DNA of 64,000 nt from Candidatus Cloacimonadales bacterium (GCA_963662585.1 OY759729.1:2912001-2976000), one strand, 5' to 3'; shown: positions 1 to 10,743, numbered from the stretch's first letter. Notes: generated from the letters alone by a model not told the origin. Numbers and translations are program-made.

Positions 1-2
1 CT

Positions 3-2087
3 TATTCTGATATGAATGGCTTTGGATCTTTCTTACCTAAATTCTTCACTTATACCATCTATTGGTTAAGTTTTTCCTTAATTCTTTTCATTTTAGGAAT
101 AAGATTATATCGCACTGGCACTGATCAGGGAATGAAAGCTAGATGGAAGAATCTCTATCAAAGATGGACCCTTGGTGAGCAAATATCTCTTGCTCTAATG
201 ATGATATTCTTTGTTACTAGTGGTAGCTATATCTTTTATAATACTAATGTCCTAAACACTTATAGAACCCAAAAAGAGAGAAGAGAACTTAGTGTAAGAT
301 TCGAAAATGATTATAAATATCTTAGTAAATTAAAGCAACCTCGAGTAACTACTGTTGATTTAAATGTTCAGATTTATCCTGAAAAGTTAGATTTAGGGGT
401 TACTGGAGAATTAGTTCTTAAGAATAAGGAAATTGTAGAAATTGATACGCTACTCTTTTTTGCTAATCAGAGTAAGGATAACTTTAAATTCAACGCCAGT
501 AAAGATTATGATATCTTGAAAATAGATGATGATTTTAATCTCTATCTTCTCAAGTTTAAAACTCCTCTTTTACCTGGTGATTCTCTAACTTTTACCTTCT
601 CAGACTACTACCAACATAAAGGTTATGAAGTAGATACAAATATTTGTGCGAACGGTACTTTTGTTAATAGTAGTGCCTTTATGCCTGAATTTGCTTTCGT
701 CGATTATTATGAACTTTCTTCCAACGAGATTAGAAAGAAGTATGATCTTCCTCCTAAAGAGAGAATGGCTGAGAGAGATGACCTAGAAGCAAGAAAGAAT
801 CACTATATTTCTAAAGATTCTGATTGGGTAAATTTCTCTGCAACAGTCGGAACAAGTAGTGACCAAATTGCTGTTGCTCCTGGTTATCTTGTTGATTCTT
901 GGGAAAATGAAGGTAGAAAACAGTTCCGTTATGAAATGGATCATCCTATTCTCAAATTCTTCTCCTTCTCTTCTGCTCGCTATGAAATAGAGAAAGATAC
1001 CTGGGTCTCGGATTCAGGGAAAGAAGTAGCTTTAGAAATCTATTATAATAAAGGTCATGAATACAATTTAGGCTCAATGATGAAAGCCTTGAAAATGGGT
1101 TTAAGCTACTACTCAGCTAACTATATGGAATATCCTCACCGTCAAATGAGAATCTTAGAATTTCCTCGTTATGCCACCTTTGCTCAATCCTTCCCAAATA
1201 CTGTTCCTTACTCAGAAGGTATCGGATTTATTGCTCAGGTAGATAGTAAAGAAAAACAAGATTACCCTTTCTTTGTTACTGCTCATGAACTTGCTCATCA
1301 ATGGTGGGCTCATGTTGTAATCGGGGCTGATGTGCAAGGAGCTGTGCTTATGAGTGAAGCTATTGCCCAATATTCGGCCTTATCAATTATGGAAGAAGAG
1401 TATGGTGAAATCAAACTAGGAGATTTCCTCAAACACGAGCTTCACTCTTATGTTACGGGAAGAAGCTCGGAAAGTTCTAAAGAAATGCCTCTCTCTAAAG
1501 TCGAAAACCAACAGTATATTCATTATAATAAAGGTTCTGTTGTCATGTATGGACTTAAGAAATATATTGGCGAGGATAATGTAAATAGAGCCTTGAAAGC
1601 AGTTGTAGATAAATATGGCTATCAAGAAGCACCTTATATAAACTCGAAAGAGTTTTTAGATGAAATCTATGCGCAAGTTCCTGATTCCTTACAATATCTA
1701 GCTAAGGAAATGTTTGAAGATATTATACTCTACAGTAATCAGATAAAAGAGGCTGAAGCCACTAAAGAAGAAGATGGCTATAGAGTCGATCTCTTGCTAG
1801 ATTGCTATAAAATTCAAGCAGACTCCATCGGTAACGAAACTGAAATTCCTTTGGATGATTGGATTGAAGTCTTGGTCTTCTCTGAAGAATACATAAATGG
1901 CGAGAAAGAAAAAGTAATAGCTAATCCAGATAATCGTTGGTTCAAACTCACAAGTGGAGAGAATAGAATCTCTTTAACTGTTCCTGAAAAACCAATAGAA
2001 GCAGGTGTGGATCCTCTCTATAAATTATTGGATAAAAATGTATTTGATAACTCAAAACAGATTAAGAACATAAAGGAAAAAGTATGA
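3..2087 (+). CDS. ABC-2 permease / M1 family zinc aminopeptidase fusion (5'-truncated by window edge)
   Basis: Frame is open from position 3 (YSDMNGFG). N-terminal TM helices, FAQSFP exopeptidase-like motif, HELAHQWW (HExxH) plus downstream Glu (LMSE), YNKG motif. Confidence 0.85.
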   Translation, partial: YSDMNGFGSFLPKFFTYTIYWLSFSLILFILGIRLYRTGTDQGMKARWKNLYQRWTLGEQISLALMMIFFVTSGSYIFYNTNVLNTYRTQKERRELSVRFENDYKYLSKLKQPRVTTVDLNVQIYPEKLDLGVTGELVLKNKEIVEIDTLLFFANQSKDNFKFNASKDYDILKIDDDFNLYLLKFKTPLLPGDSLTFTFSDYYQHKGYEVDTNICANGTFVNSSAFMPEFAFVDYYELSSNEIRKKYDLPPKERMAERDDLEARKNHYISKDSDWVNFSATVGTSSDQIAVAPGYLVDSWENEGRKQFRYEMDHPILKFFSFSSARYEIEKDTWVSDSGKEVALEIYYNKGHEYNLGSMMKALKMGLSYYSANYMEYPHRQMRILEFPRYATFAQSFPNTVPYSEGIGFIAQVDSKEKQDYPFFVTAHELAHQWWAHVVIGADVQGAVLMSEAIAQYSALSIMEEEYGEIKLGDFLKHELHSYVTGRSSESSKEMPLSKVENQQYIHYNKGSVVMYGLKKYIGEDNVNRALKAVVDKYGYQEAPYINSKEFLDEIYAQVPDSLQYLAKEMFEDIILYSNQIKEAEATKEEDGYRVDLLLDCYKIQADSIGNETEIPLDDWIEVLVFSEEYINGEKEKVIANPDNRWFKLTSGENRISLTVPEKPIEAGVDPLYKLLDKNVFDNSKQIKNIKEKV

Positions 2088-2779
2088 AAAACTTAATTTT
2101 AATCATCTTGCTTTCACTCTTAGCAATAAATTTGCTAGGTGAAAAGATAACTGATGATTTATGGCTAAAAGCAGTTCAATTAAAAAGTGAATCTATGAAC
2201 GCTTATCCTACTAAAACTCAATATATCTCTCAAACTAAAGATAAAAAGGGAAATGTGGAAGAAGAAGAAACTATAATTATCTCCCATCAAGAAAATAATG
2301 GTCAGATAATAAACTCATTTCTTGAAGGTACTAATAGCAAGGGTAATTTGACTGAAGAAGACGAATCAGTTAAGAGATACTTAAGTATGTCTGCAATTTC
2401 AGAAGATGAAGGTATGTTTAAAACTGAGACTTCTGAAGATTTTACCCTTAAAAGACTTGATAATGAGATGATTGAGGGGAAGGACTACGCTAAATATAAA
2501 GTAAATTCTAAAGCAAAGTCAGATGATGGTGTCGTTGATAGTGAAGGCTTTATCTGGTTAGATTCTAACTCTGGTGCTCCTTTTAAAATGACTTTAGATG
2601 TGGACCCTCACAAAATGGTAATTAAAAAGCTAACTGTAAATACCTTATATTCCCTTTCGCAAGCAGGTTTTTTACAAACTGATAAAATCGTTACCGATAT
2701 TGTAATAAGCATTGTTTTAAAAAAAATGTATATTACACAAACTATCTTAAGAGAAAACTATTTGCAACTTAATCAATAA
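2084..2779 (+). CDS. Exported hypothetical protein
   Basis: 231-aa ORF with N-terminal signal peptide; ATGA overlap with the upstream stop. Confidence 0.75.
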   Translation: MKNLILIILLSLLAINLLGEKITDDLWLKAVQLKSESMNAYPTKTQYISQTKDKKGNVEEEETIIISHQENNGQIINSFLEGTNSKGNLTEEDESVKRYLSMSAISEDEGMFKTETSEDFTLKRLDNEMIEGKDYAKYKVNSKAKSDDGVVDSEGFIWLDSNSGAPFKMTLDVDPHKMVIKKLTVNTLYSLSQAGFLQTDKIVTDIVISIVLKKMYITQTILRENYLQLNQ

Positions 2780-2799
2780 AGATTAAAGTGAATTTAAAT

Positions 2800-2829
2800 A
2801 AAAGCTTGTCAAGATTTGGCAAGCTTTTT
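2800..2829 (+). terminator. Probable intrinsic terminator
   Basis: AAAAGCTTGTCAA-gat-TTGGCAAGCTTTTT stem-loop (one G-U pair) about 20 nt after the stop at 2779. Confidence 0.55.
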
Positions 2830-2863
2830 ATTATGGTAGAAGAAATTACTTTGGAGTAAAATT

Positions 2864-3577
2864 ATGAACTTTATTATTCTTGATACAGAAACAACAGGAT
2901 TTGATAAAAATGATAGAATTATTCAATTAGCTTATATTGTTTATGATGGTATGAACTTAGAACCATTTGAAACTTTCTGCTACACTGAACAACCCATTAA
3001 TTTTTCAGCTATGGCTGTCCATCATATCACACCAGATATTATTCAAGGTAAAGAAAAACTTACAGAGACAGAAGTATATAAATTCTTAGAAGAACTTAAC
3101 ACAGAAGAGAATTATCTTGTGATTCATAATGCACCTTTTGATCTAGCTATGCTTGCCAAAGAGGGTTTTGTTAATAAAATGAAACTAATAGATACCTTAA
3201 AAGTTACCAGACATCTTGCTCCTAATTTAGAATCTCATGCTATGCAATATCTTCGTTATCATCGGGGATTATACAAAGAAGAAGCAGAAATTACTCAGTT
3301 GTTAGGTGTTGAAATTAAAGCCCATGATGCTATGGGAGATATTATTGTCTTATACTTACTTTTAAAGAGATTACTGGCAAACAACACCCCTGAACAATTA
3401 GTAGAACTTACCCAAAAACCAAACCTAATTAATAAACTTAGATTCGGAAAATATAGAGGTCAATTAATCTCTGAGGTTGTCAAAACTGACCGTCAATACC
3501 TGCAATGGATGGTAGAAAAACTTACTGATTTAGACCCTGATGTAAAATTCACTATAGAACACTTTTTAGGTAAATAA
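2864..3577 (+). CDS. DEDDh 3'-5' exonuclease (DnaQ/ExoX-like) with C-terminal FGKY domain
   Basis: ILDTETTG (ExoI), HNAPFD (ExoII), AHDAMGD (ExoIII), C-terminal LRFGKYRG. Confidence 0.88.
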   Translation: MNFIILDTETTGFDKNDRIIQLAYIVYDGMNLEPFETFCYTEQPINFSAMAVHHITPDIIQGKEKLTETEVYKFLEELNTEENYLVIHNAPFDLAMLAKEGFVNKMKLIDTLKVTRHLAPNLESHAMQYLRYHRGLYKEEAEITQLLGVEIKAHDAMGDIIVLYLLLKRLLANNTPEQLVELTQKPNLINKLRFGKYRGQLISEVVKTDRQYLQWMVEKLTDLDPDVKFTIEHFLGK

Positions 3578-3631
3578 CTAAAAAAGCGGATTCCCAACTC
3601 AAGATTGCTATTAAACCCTTACAGGGATATG

Positions 3632-3693
3632 TTGAACCCTTTGTAGGAGGATATTGGTATAGGCCAATTGCAGGGGCCTATTGCCATGCGCCC
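3632..3693 (+). repeat. Degenerate REP-like palindrome(s)
   Basis: TTGAACCCTTTGTAGG (3632-3647) and GCAGGGGCCTATTGCCATGCGCCC (3670-3693) resemble the intact copy at 5800-5834. Confidence 0.55.
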
Positions 3694-3782
3694 AATTAAG
3701 ATTATATCCAATCATCTTTCTTTCCTTTTCCCTTGCTCCTTTTCTGTCATCTGGAAAAAATATCAAATAATCATAGTGTTTA

Positions 3783-3995
3783 GTGATAAGGAGCAGGGAA
3801 AGAAAAGAAGATGATGTCTTACGCAGTCAAGTTCTTGAGGATTTCACTGATGAGATTATAGATTTATATCACCAATTGAAGAAAGAGAAAGATTCATTTT
3901 CGGAAATGGGGATTGATTTTGAGGAAAAGGCCTTTTATGATATCTTAAAATCATTAATGATTAAACCCAATAATGCAGTAGATCTTTTAGAATAG
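3783..3995 (+). pseudogene. hsdR: Fragment resembling the C-terminal region of a type I restriction enzyme R subunit
   Basis: DVLRSQVLEDFTDEIIDLYHQLKKEKDSFSEMGIDFEEKAFYDILKSL resembles HsdR C-terminal (DUF3387-like) sequence as I recall it. Only ~70 aa; no hsdM/hsdS nearby. Confidence 0.55.
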
Positions 3996-4169
3996 CACTA
4001 TATTCATTTGCTAAAGCATTTTACATAATTTCTCAGAGTATATATGTTATACGCTGATAAATTCTGTAAAAGCTTTATCTAAAAGAATCTGCACTCTTCA
4101 CTAAAGTTCTACTACACTATCTGGGTTGAAATGGAAGCATAGGTGTCGTATGGGAGAATCAATATCCTC

Positions 4170-5243
4170 CTAAATGTTTTGCAATTGGAATAGCTTTTGT
4201 CTTAAATCATTAAAATTTGAATAGTTTATAATTTTATCATGGCTTAAACGGCCAACAAGAACACCTGGATGAATTTTTTCTTCTTTCGCGAATGAGAGGA
4301 TTAACTCTCGGGTAATTGAAGCTTGCTTAATTAGATTATTATATTTTTCAGGAGGGATTAAATTTTCAGAAGCGAAAGTATCAGCTTCTTCTTCAAAGCT
4401 GGAATTTGTATTTAAATGTTCGATTAGTGTCACATTTTTATTATGACCATAATATATATGTCCTAATTCATGAAAGAGGCTAAACCAGAAAATATCAGCA
4501 TAGATACCTCTATTACTTAGTTGAAGAATGATTTTATTTGGATCTTTTCTGTTGATAGCACCTTGAGCATGTGTTTTGTTAATGTGGGGGACTAATACTA
4601 AGGCTATTCCGCAAGAGGATAACTTTTCTTCAAGTAGGGGGATATACTCTTCAGGATTTTTAATAGTAAGAGTTCTTATATCTTTTAACAACTGGTTAAA
4701 CTTTCTTTTAGAGAACTTTTCGGTCTGAATATCAGAGGCTAAGATCTCTCCTCTTCTTAACCAAGTAGCTAAGGCATAAGATTCTGGTTCAAATGTTGTT
4801 GAAACTCTAAAAGCTACAGGCATTGTTGTGGAGATTAAAGTTAAATTAGCAACTTGGAAAAAAGAACGAAGATAATTAACCTTCTCCTCCATTATTTTAG
4901 TTGCTTTTAGCCAGTTTAATTTGACTAATTGTGGATAATTTATAGATTTAACTATCTCAATTTCCTTTTCCATACTTTGTGCTTCTTTTTTTCTTGCTGT
5001 TGCCTCCTGATATATTGACTCTAATCCTATCCAAAATGAAGCTGGTAAACCCAAAACACTTTCCAGCTTTAAAGCTGTTTCGGTAGTTATAGGAGCTTTA
5101 CCTTTAATAATTTCATTTATATGCTTAGGGCTTATTCCTAACCTTTCTGACAAATCTTTTTGGGTCATATCCCAGTTAATTAAATACTCTTTAAGAGTTT
5201 CTCCTGGTGGAACAGGAATTGGGGTATCTGTTTTTTTAATCAT
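4170..5243 (-). CDS. higA: HigA-family antitoxin (XRE HTH) fused to ImmA/IrrE-like metallopeptidase domain
   Basis: PPGETLKE...MTQKDLSERLGISPKHINEIIKGKAPIT HTH; FWFSLFHELGH (HExxH); EEEADTFA. Confidence 0.88.
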   Translation of the reverse strand: MIKKTDTPIPVPPGETLKEYLINWDMTQKDLSERLGISPKHINEIIKGKAPITTETALKLESVLGLPASFWIGLESIYQEATARKKEAQSMEKEIEIVKSINYPQLVKLNWLKATKIMEEKVNYLRSFFQVANLTLISTTMPVAFRVSTTFEPESYALATWLRRGEILASDIQTEKFSKRKFNQLLKDIRTLTIKNPEEYIPLLEEKLSSCGIALVLVPHINKTHAQGAINRKDPNKIILQLSNRGIYADIFWFSLFHELGHIYYGHNKNVTLIEHLNTNSSFEEEADTFASENLIPPEKYNNLIKQASITRELILSFAKEEKIHPGVLVGRLSHDKIINYSNFNDLRQKLFQLQNI

Positions 5244-5553
5244 GATAGTCCTCCAAACTTACAATCTTTACAGCAATAATGTCTTTTACTTTTTTATAAT
5301 TATGTGGAATAGCTTCAATAATCATTCTGAGTGGATGTTCTAAATCAAGAGCAAACTTTCCTTTTAGGTTTCCTGTTAAACTATGGCATCTTCCAATTTT
5401 AAATTTAATCATTAAGTCTAAATTTGGTATTTTTGTTAACTCATTATATCGTTGAGTAATCTTTTTGGCATTCTTAGGACCATATTCTCTATTCATTTTC
5501 TTATTATCATTAATTATTTTCTTTAATGTTCTGTCAGAAATTTTTACTTCCAA
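5236..5553 (-). CDS. higB: HigB/RelE-like toxin (plasmid maintenance killer family)
   Basis: GRCHSLTGNLKGKFALDLEHPLRMI and C-terminal EDYH; toxin upstream of and overlapping the antitoxin; TTG start with GAGG RBS. Confidence 0.85.
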   Translation of the reverse strand: MEVKISDRTLKKIINDNKKMNREYGPKNAKKITQRYNELTKIPNLDLMIKFKIGRCHSLTGNLKGKFALDLEHPLRMIIEAIPHNYKKVKDIIAVKIVSLEDYHD

Positions 5554-5612
5554 AATAACCTCTCATTATATAAGTACAAATTAAACCATATTATTAAATA
5601 AGTCAAGATAAA

Positions 5613-5627
5613 TAACCTGTTAGGTTA
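5613..5627. promoter_or_regulatory. Candidate HigA operator
   Basis: Palindrome TAACCT-GTT-AGGTTA beside a minus-strand TTGACT (5601-5606) upstream of higB. Confidence 0.45.
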
Positions 5628-5799
5628 AGATTTTTATTATTTTATATTCTAAACTCATGTTAAATAATGTATAACAAATGAAGTAAATTGGCTCAATTTC
5701 AAGTCTGGGATTCGAAAAATAGTAATAAAAAAGGTTGATTTATGGTTTATCGATACCTTTTATTATTAATTGTTTTAATTGATGCTAATATTCTTTTTA

Positions 5800-5834
5800 T
5801 TGAACCATTTGTAGGGGCGTATTGCCATACGCCC
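5800..5834 (+). repeat. REP-like palindrome with GTAG tetranucleotide
   Basis: GTAG-GGGCGTAT-TGCC-ATACGCCC: perfect 8-bp GC-rich stem preceded by GTAG, in AT-rich intergenic DNA. Confidence 0.65.
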
Positions 5835-5840
5835 AGAAAT

Positions 5841-6689
5841 TTATTGATTAATAATAATCTTATTATTTAAAGTTGCATCTTTTCTTAATTCATCTACATA
5901 GGAGTGGAGATATAGCTCAGATTTATTATCTATAAAGCAATTGAGCATTAAGTCTTTATGATCTTCGTCACTATTAGGTTGGTAATTTCTTCTTTCAGTA
6001 ACTAAGATTAGGTGATAGCCAAATTTAGACTTTACCGGAAGGCTAACTTCATCGATTGGGAGTTTAAAGATAACACTGTCTAATTCCTCTATAAAGGAAT
6101 CAGCTGATACAAAGCCCATATCTCCGCATTGGACACCTGCTGGACATTCAGAGAAGTCATTAGCAAATCTTTTGAAATCTTCTAAGGTATTGATTTTCTT
6201 TCTAAAGGCCATTAGTTTCTTATAATTTTCCTCAGTTGCACCTAGCAATAAAATATTATAAACATGGGCTTGGGGACAACATGAGAAGAGCTCAGAGTTA
6301 GTTTTTGCTAATTGTGAGACATCTTGAGTGACTCTTTGTTTAATAAATGAGCTAAATTTATCTAAGAATTTAGTGATAAATAGAGATTCTTTAAGATAGT
6401 CTTCGTAGCGAGATCTGCTGAGTTTATGCTTTTCCAAGTAGTTATCATATTGTTCTTCAGTTTCAAAAGCTTGTGAAACTTCAAAAATTCTATCATTCCA
6501 CTCATCATCAGTAACTTTAACCCCGAATTTATTTGCTTCGTGCAAAAGAAGGTATCTATCTACTAAGTAGTCGATTGCTTTTTTATTATTTTCTTTCTCT
6601 TCGCAATTGCAGCCTGAGAATAAGACTTGAGCATAATCATACTCTTCTTGTGTTATGTTATAATCATATACATTGGCAATAATTTTCAT
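5841..6689 (-). CDS. Parvulin-type peptidyl-prolyl isomerase (SurA/PrsA-like)
   Basis: SurA-N-like helical start; FANDFSECP, GDMGFV, PVKSKFGYHLI. Confidence 0.85.
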   Translation of the reverse strand: MKIIANVYDYNITQEEYDYAQVLFSGCNCEEKENNKKAIDYLVDRYLLLHEANKFGVKVTDDEWNDRIFEVSQAFETEEQYDNYLEKHKLSRSRYEDYLKESLFITKFLDKFSSFIKQRVTQDVSQLAKTNSELFSCCPQAHVYNILLLGATEENYKKLMAFRKKINTLEDFKRFANDFSECPAGVQCGDMGFVSADSFIEELDSVIFKLPIDEVSLPVKSKFGYHLILVTERRNYQPNSDEDHKDLMLNCFIDNKSELYLHSYVDELRKDATLNNKIIINQ

Positions 6690-7621
6690 TAATAAACTCC
6701 GATATTTCCGTGATTGTCGATAAATTTTGATATAAAATTATCTATAGTATTATAAGTAATCGATTTTCTGAAAAAAACAAGATTAAAATTATTTCTTCTG
6801 TACCAGGTTAGCTGTCTTTTGGCATAATTACGGGAATGTTGTTTGGCTAAATTGATACAATCTGCAAGATTTTCTTTTTGTAAAACAAAGGGAAGCAATT
6901 CTTTATAGCCTACTGCTGATAAGCCTGGAGAGTCTGCACGATAGCCCATATCTAAAAGTTGTCTAATTTCTTCTAATAAGCCTGAAGTAACCATTTGATC
7001 ATATCTTTTATTAATTCTGTCATAGATATCTTGTCTATCATCTAACAAGAGAATATTTAGAACTTTTCTTGCTTCTAACAATCCTTGTTCTTGCCAGTAG
7101 CTACTTAGCTGTTTATTGGTGCCATAATATACTTCTAAAGACCTGATAATTCTTTGTTTATCGTTATTAGATACTTTTTGAGCAATGATAGGGTCAATCT
7201 TCTCTAATTGTTGGTACATGAGTTGGTTACCTAATTTATCCCAATCTGCTGAAAGAGAATCTCTAATCTCGGGGGATATATCAGGAACTTTACATAAACC
7301 TTCTAGAAATGAGGAAATATAAAAGCCAGTTCCTCCACAAATAATAGGATATTTTATATCTGTCTTATCTACAATGTCGATTGCATCTCTGGTAAATCTA
7401 CCGGCACTATAAGCTTCATCAGGGGTAATAATATCTATCAGATGATGTTTGACAAGAGCTAACTCATCTTGACTTGGCTTGGCTGTAGCTAAGTCCATAT
7501 ACTTATATACTTGACGCGAGTCCGCAGAGATAATTTCTAAATTAATCTTTTGGGCTATTTCTAAAGCTAGCGAACTTTTGCCTACAGCTGTAGGTCCTTG
7601 AATTATAATAACAGGTTTCAT
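6689..7621 (-). CDS. miaA: tRNA dimethylallyltransferase
   Basis: GPTAVGKS, ISADSRQVY, GGTGFY, YAKRQLTW; follows mutL. Confidence 0.97.
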   Translation of the reverse strand: MKPVIIIQGPTAVGKSSLALEIAQKINLEIISADSRQVYKYMDLATAKPSQDELALVKHHLIDIITPDEAYSAGRFTRDAIDIVDKTDIKYPIICGGTGFYISSFLEGLCKVPDISPEIRDSLSADWDKLGNQLMYQQLEKIDPIIAQKVSNNDKQRIIRSLEVYYGTNKQLSSYWQEQGLLEARKVLNILLLDDRQDIYDRINKRYDQMVTSGLLEEIRQLLDMGYRADSPGLSAVGYKELLPFVLQKENLADCINLAKQHSRNYAKRQLTWYRRNNFNLVFFRKSITYNTIDNFISKFIDNHGNIGVY

Positions 7622-9609
7622 TAAATTATTCTTTTAAATTTCTTTTTAAAATCTTCTAGGGAGTAGTTAATAATTAAGGGGCGACCATGAGGGCAGTAAT
7701 AAGGTACCTTACAGCCGAAAAGATCGCTGATAAGCTTGATCATTTCTCTAGCTGTTAAAGGCTTACCAGCCTTGATTGCGGCCTTACAAGAGACAGATTT
7801 AGCAATACTATCTCTAAAATCTTCAGTTTCTTCAAATTCTTGTTCTAAAGTCTGCAAAATTTCTAAAAATATCTCACCACCACTCCATTCTTCAAGTTCA
7901 ACAGGGATTTCATCAATCACTAAAGAATTACCACTAAAAGTTTTGATAGAAAAACCTATATTATGAAAATCTTCAATATTGGCTTCTACTAACTCTCTTA
8001 AACTCTCTGAAATGTAATTAGGTAGGTCGATAACGATAGGGAAGAGGAGTTTTTGAACTTCAGCATCATTCCCTTTCATTCTGGCAATTAGCTTTTCATA
8101 GAGAATTCTTTCATGGGCTGCATGTTGGTCTATAACCATCAAGCCTTCACCAACTTGGATGAAAATAAAAGTATCTTGAAATTGCCATGGTTTGACAGCT
8201 TCTATCTCACTTATAACTGGTAAATCTATTCTTGCTTCATGTTTGTTTATTATTGCCTGAGAAGGATTCTGCTTGCTTTCTGAAAGAGGCTCATCTTGAT
8301 CGAAAATACTAGCTTGTACTAATTCACTAAATTCTTTCTTATAGGAAGAGAAGCGAGGTATTTCAGGTTTAGAATAGCTATTCTCAGAATTATCCTGGGT
8401 AAATCTTCTTTCAGGTAACTCTGAGGGAGGAGTAAAGGATCCATGATTAGTTTCTTGTCTGGAAAAACTATTTGTTGGTTGATTAAACTCCTGAGTTTGC
8501 TGATGAGGGTGCTGTCTGCCTCTTTCTTCAAACTCGCGAGTTGAATTGGCAAATCCTTCCCCAAATTTATTCTTTATAGATTTAAACTTTTCATCTTGAA
8601 GTTGGTTTAATCTGTTAGTAATAGAATCTTTAACTGCATTATAGACAAGATGGGCATCTCTAAAGCGAACTTCTCGCTTAGCAGGATGAACATTTATATC
8701 TATTAACTCAGGGTCTATTTCAATGAAAAGAATATAAGGAGGTAGAACCCCGTGTTGCATATATCTCTCTTTAGCAATAAAAGGCTGATAAGCTGTTTTT
8801 AAAGCTTTAATCACAATCTTATCACTTATGTAGCGTCCGTTGATAAAGAGGTACTTAAAGCGTTCAAAGCCTTGATGGTACTCCTCTAGTCCCGCAATAA
8901 AGCCTTTAATAGAAAGTTGATTAGTGTTATAGCTTAAATCAATAAACTCTTGTTCTTGGAAAGACTTACCAAACACTTCCTTAATTCTTCTATTATAGTT
9001 ACTTACGGCTGGATAGTTTAGCTTCTCTCTATCATTAGAAATTAATTTAAATGAGACATTAGGGTAAAGAATAGATTGATAATGAACATAATTTAAAATA
9101 TGCTTAAATTCAACTATATCACTCTTTAAGAACTTTCTCCGAGCAGGAACATTGAAGAATATCTTCTTTACATAGATAGTAGTACCTGTGTTTGCTGCAG
9201 TTTTCCTTACATCTTTGAGGTTTCCACCATCTACGAAGATATCTGTAGCTACAGCAGAAGTTTCATCTTTTGTGATTAAATTGAATCTGCTAATAGAAGC
9301 AATAGATGGAATCGCTTCTCCCCGAAAACCAAGACTACTGATGTGAACAATATCTTCAACATCTTTAATTTTACTTGTAGCATGGCGTTCTAAGCAGAGA
9401 AGAGCGTCGTCGTTGGACATCCCTTTCCCATCATCTGTTACTTGAATTAGCTCCTTTCCGCCTTTTTCTACCTTAATGTAGATTGACTTAGCCCCAGCAT
9501 CTAAAGAGTTTTCGACTAACTCCTTAACTACCGAAACAGGTCTTTCAATTACTTCTCCGGCAGCTATTCTATTGGTAACATTCTCGGAAAGTACTTTAAT
9601 AAAGTTCAT
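7621..9609 (-). CDS. mutL: DNA mismatch repair endonuclease MutL
   Basis: IAAGEVIERP, SLGFRGEA, DINVHPAK, DQHAAHERILYE, CPHGRP. Confidence 0.98.
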   Translation of the reverse strand: MNFIKVLSENVTNRIAAGEVIERPVSVVKELVENSLDAGAKSIYIKVEKGGKELIQVTDDGKGMSNDDALLCLERHATSKIKDVEDIVHISSLGFRGEAIPSIASISRFNLITKDETSAVATDIFVDGGNLKDVRKTAANTGTTIYVKKIFFNVPARRKFLKSDIVEFKHILNYVHYQSILYPNVSFKLISNDREKLNYPAVSNYNRRIKEVFGKSFQEQEFIDLSYNTNQLSIKGFIAGLEEYHQGFERFKYLFINGRYISDKIVIKALKTAYQPFIAKERYMQHGVLPPYILFIEIDPELIDINVHPAKREVRFRDAHLVYNAVKDSITNRLNQLQDEKFKSIKNKFGEGFANSTREFEERGRQHPHQQTQEFNQPTNSFSRQETNHGSFTPPSELPERRFTQDNSENSYSKPEIPRFSSYKKEFSELVQASIFDQDEPLSESKQNPSQAIINKHEARIDLPVISEIEAVKPWQFQDTFIFIQVGEGLMVIDQHAAHERILYEKLIARMKGNDAEVQKLLFPIVIDLPNYISESLRELVEANIEDFHNIGFSIKTFSGNSLVIDEIPVELEEWSGGEIFLEILQTLEQEFEETEDFRDSIAKSVSCKAAIKAGKPLTAREMIKLISDLFGCKVPYYCPHGRPLIINYSLEDFKKKFKRII

Positions 9610-9636
9610 CTCTATAGTTCCTTAAAATTAAATTTA

Positions 9637-10743
9637 TTAGAAATCATCGTCTTCCAATTCATCAAATGCCATGCTAGCTCTTAATTTTGAATAGAGAATA
9701 TCATCACTTTTCAAAACCTTAATCATAGAGTTTTGTACTGACTTTTTATTGATAGAGTATTGGGCATAGGTCTTATAGCTATTCTCACCAATATGGATAG
9801 TCTTGATAAACTCTTTGGTGATTGGGTAATTATTTTTTTGTATTTCAGCAGAAATATCATTTTTGAGCTTATTGAATTTTATCTCATCATAGCCGGAAAC
9901 TTTACGATATTTCTCAGCTTCAGTTCTGGCAAAATCATTAGCAAATTTCATCTTTGCTTTCTTACATAGAGCAATAGCATTTTCTATAGATGTGCTCTCA
10001 TTATTGGCAATAGCTATCTGATTAACCATAACTTTCATATTATTATAACTTACTTTAAACCATGCAGGTATAAAATCTTCTTCATATTTTACTTTAGAAG
10101 TAATAATTTCTTTTTTAGTAACTTTTTGTTCAGTAATTTTATCTTTTTTTGTTGCTGTTAATCCAGCTTGCTTTAATAAGTGTAAATAAGTCTTAGAACT
10201 TGCAAAAGCAGTTGCGATATCAGGATCTTTCTGAAATTGATTAACAAATTCTTTTTGAATTTCTGCTAAAGGTAAACCTACAGCAACAAAACAACGATAT
10301 TCACTATCATTCTTCTGGATAAAAGCTGTTTCTACTCTCTTTAAATAAGGAGAATAATCTTTGCTATAAATTAAATTACTCTTAGCATTAATTTTATTGG
10401 ACTTAAACTTATCTTTGGAGCCACTCTCTTCTAGAATCATTTCAGTTAGATTTACAACGAAACTCTTCTGATAGTGAAGAAATTTTGCTTGAGCCGAATT
10501 TATAGCTTCTACTTTAATTATCTCTTGATCACTACCATCAAGAAAAGCATAAGAGTGTAGATATTCTTCATTGCTAAGCTTTTCCCACCATTGAGGGCGA
10601 TAATTTTCATCAAATTTATTAGTTTCAATACTACTATTCTCGGAATTTATAACTTGAGGATTTTGCTCAACTTTGCTTTTGCAACCAAGAATTAATAAAG
10701 TTAAAGCGATTAAATAAAATGCTAAAGTGATTTTTTTTAACAT
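9637..10743 (-). CDS. Lipoprotein with two LPP20-like repeats
   Basis: Lipobox ILGC; two internal units beginning RPQWW / IPAWF. Confidence 0.7.
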   Translation of the reverse strand: MLKKITLAFYLIALTLLILGCKSKVEQNPQVINSENSSIETNKFDENYRPQWWEKLSNEEYLHSYAFLDGSDQEIIKVEAINSAQAKFLHYQKSFVVNLTEMILEESGSKDKFKSNKINAKSNLIYSKDYSPYLKRVETAFIQKNDSEYRCFVAVGLPLAEIQKEFVNQFQKDPDIATAFASSKTYLHLLKQAGLTATKKDKITEQKVTKKEIITSKVKYEEDFIPAWFKVSYNNMKVMVNQIAIANNESTSIENAIALCKKAKMKFANDFARTEAEKYRKVSGYDEIKFNKLKNDISAEIQKNNYPITKEFIKTIHIGENSYKTYAQYSINKKSVQNSMIKVLKSDDILYSKLRASMAFDELEDDDF

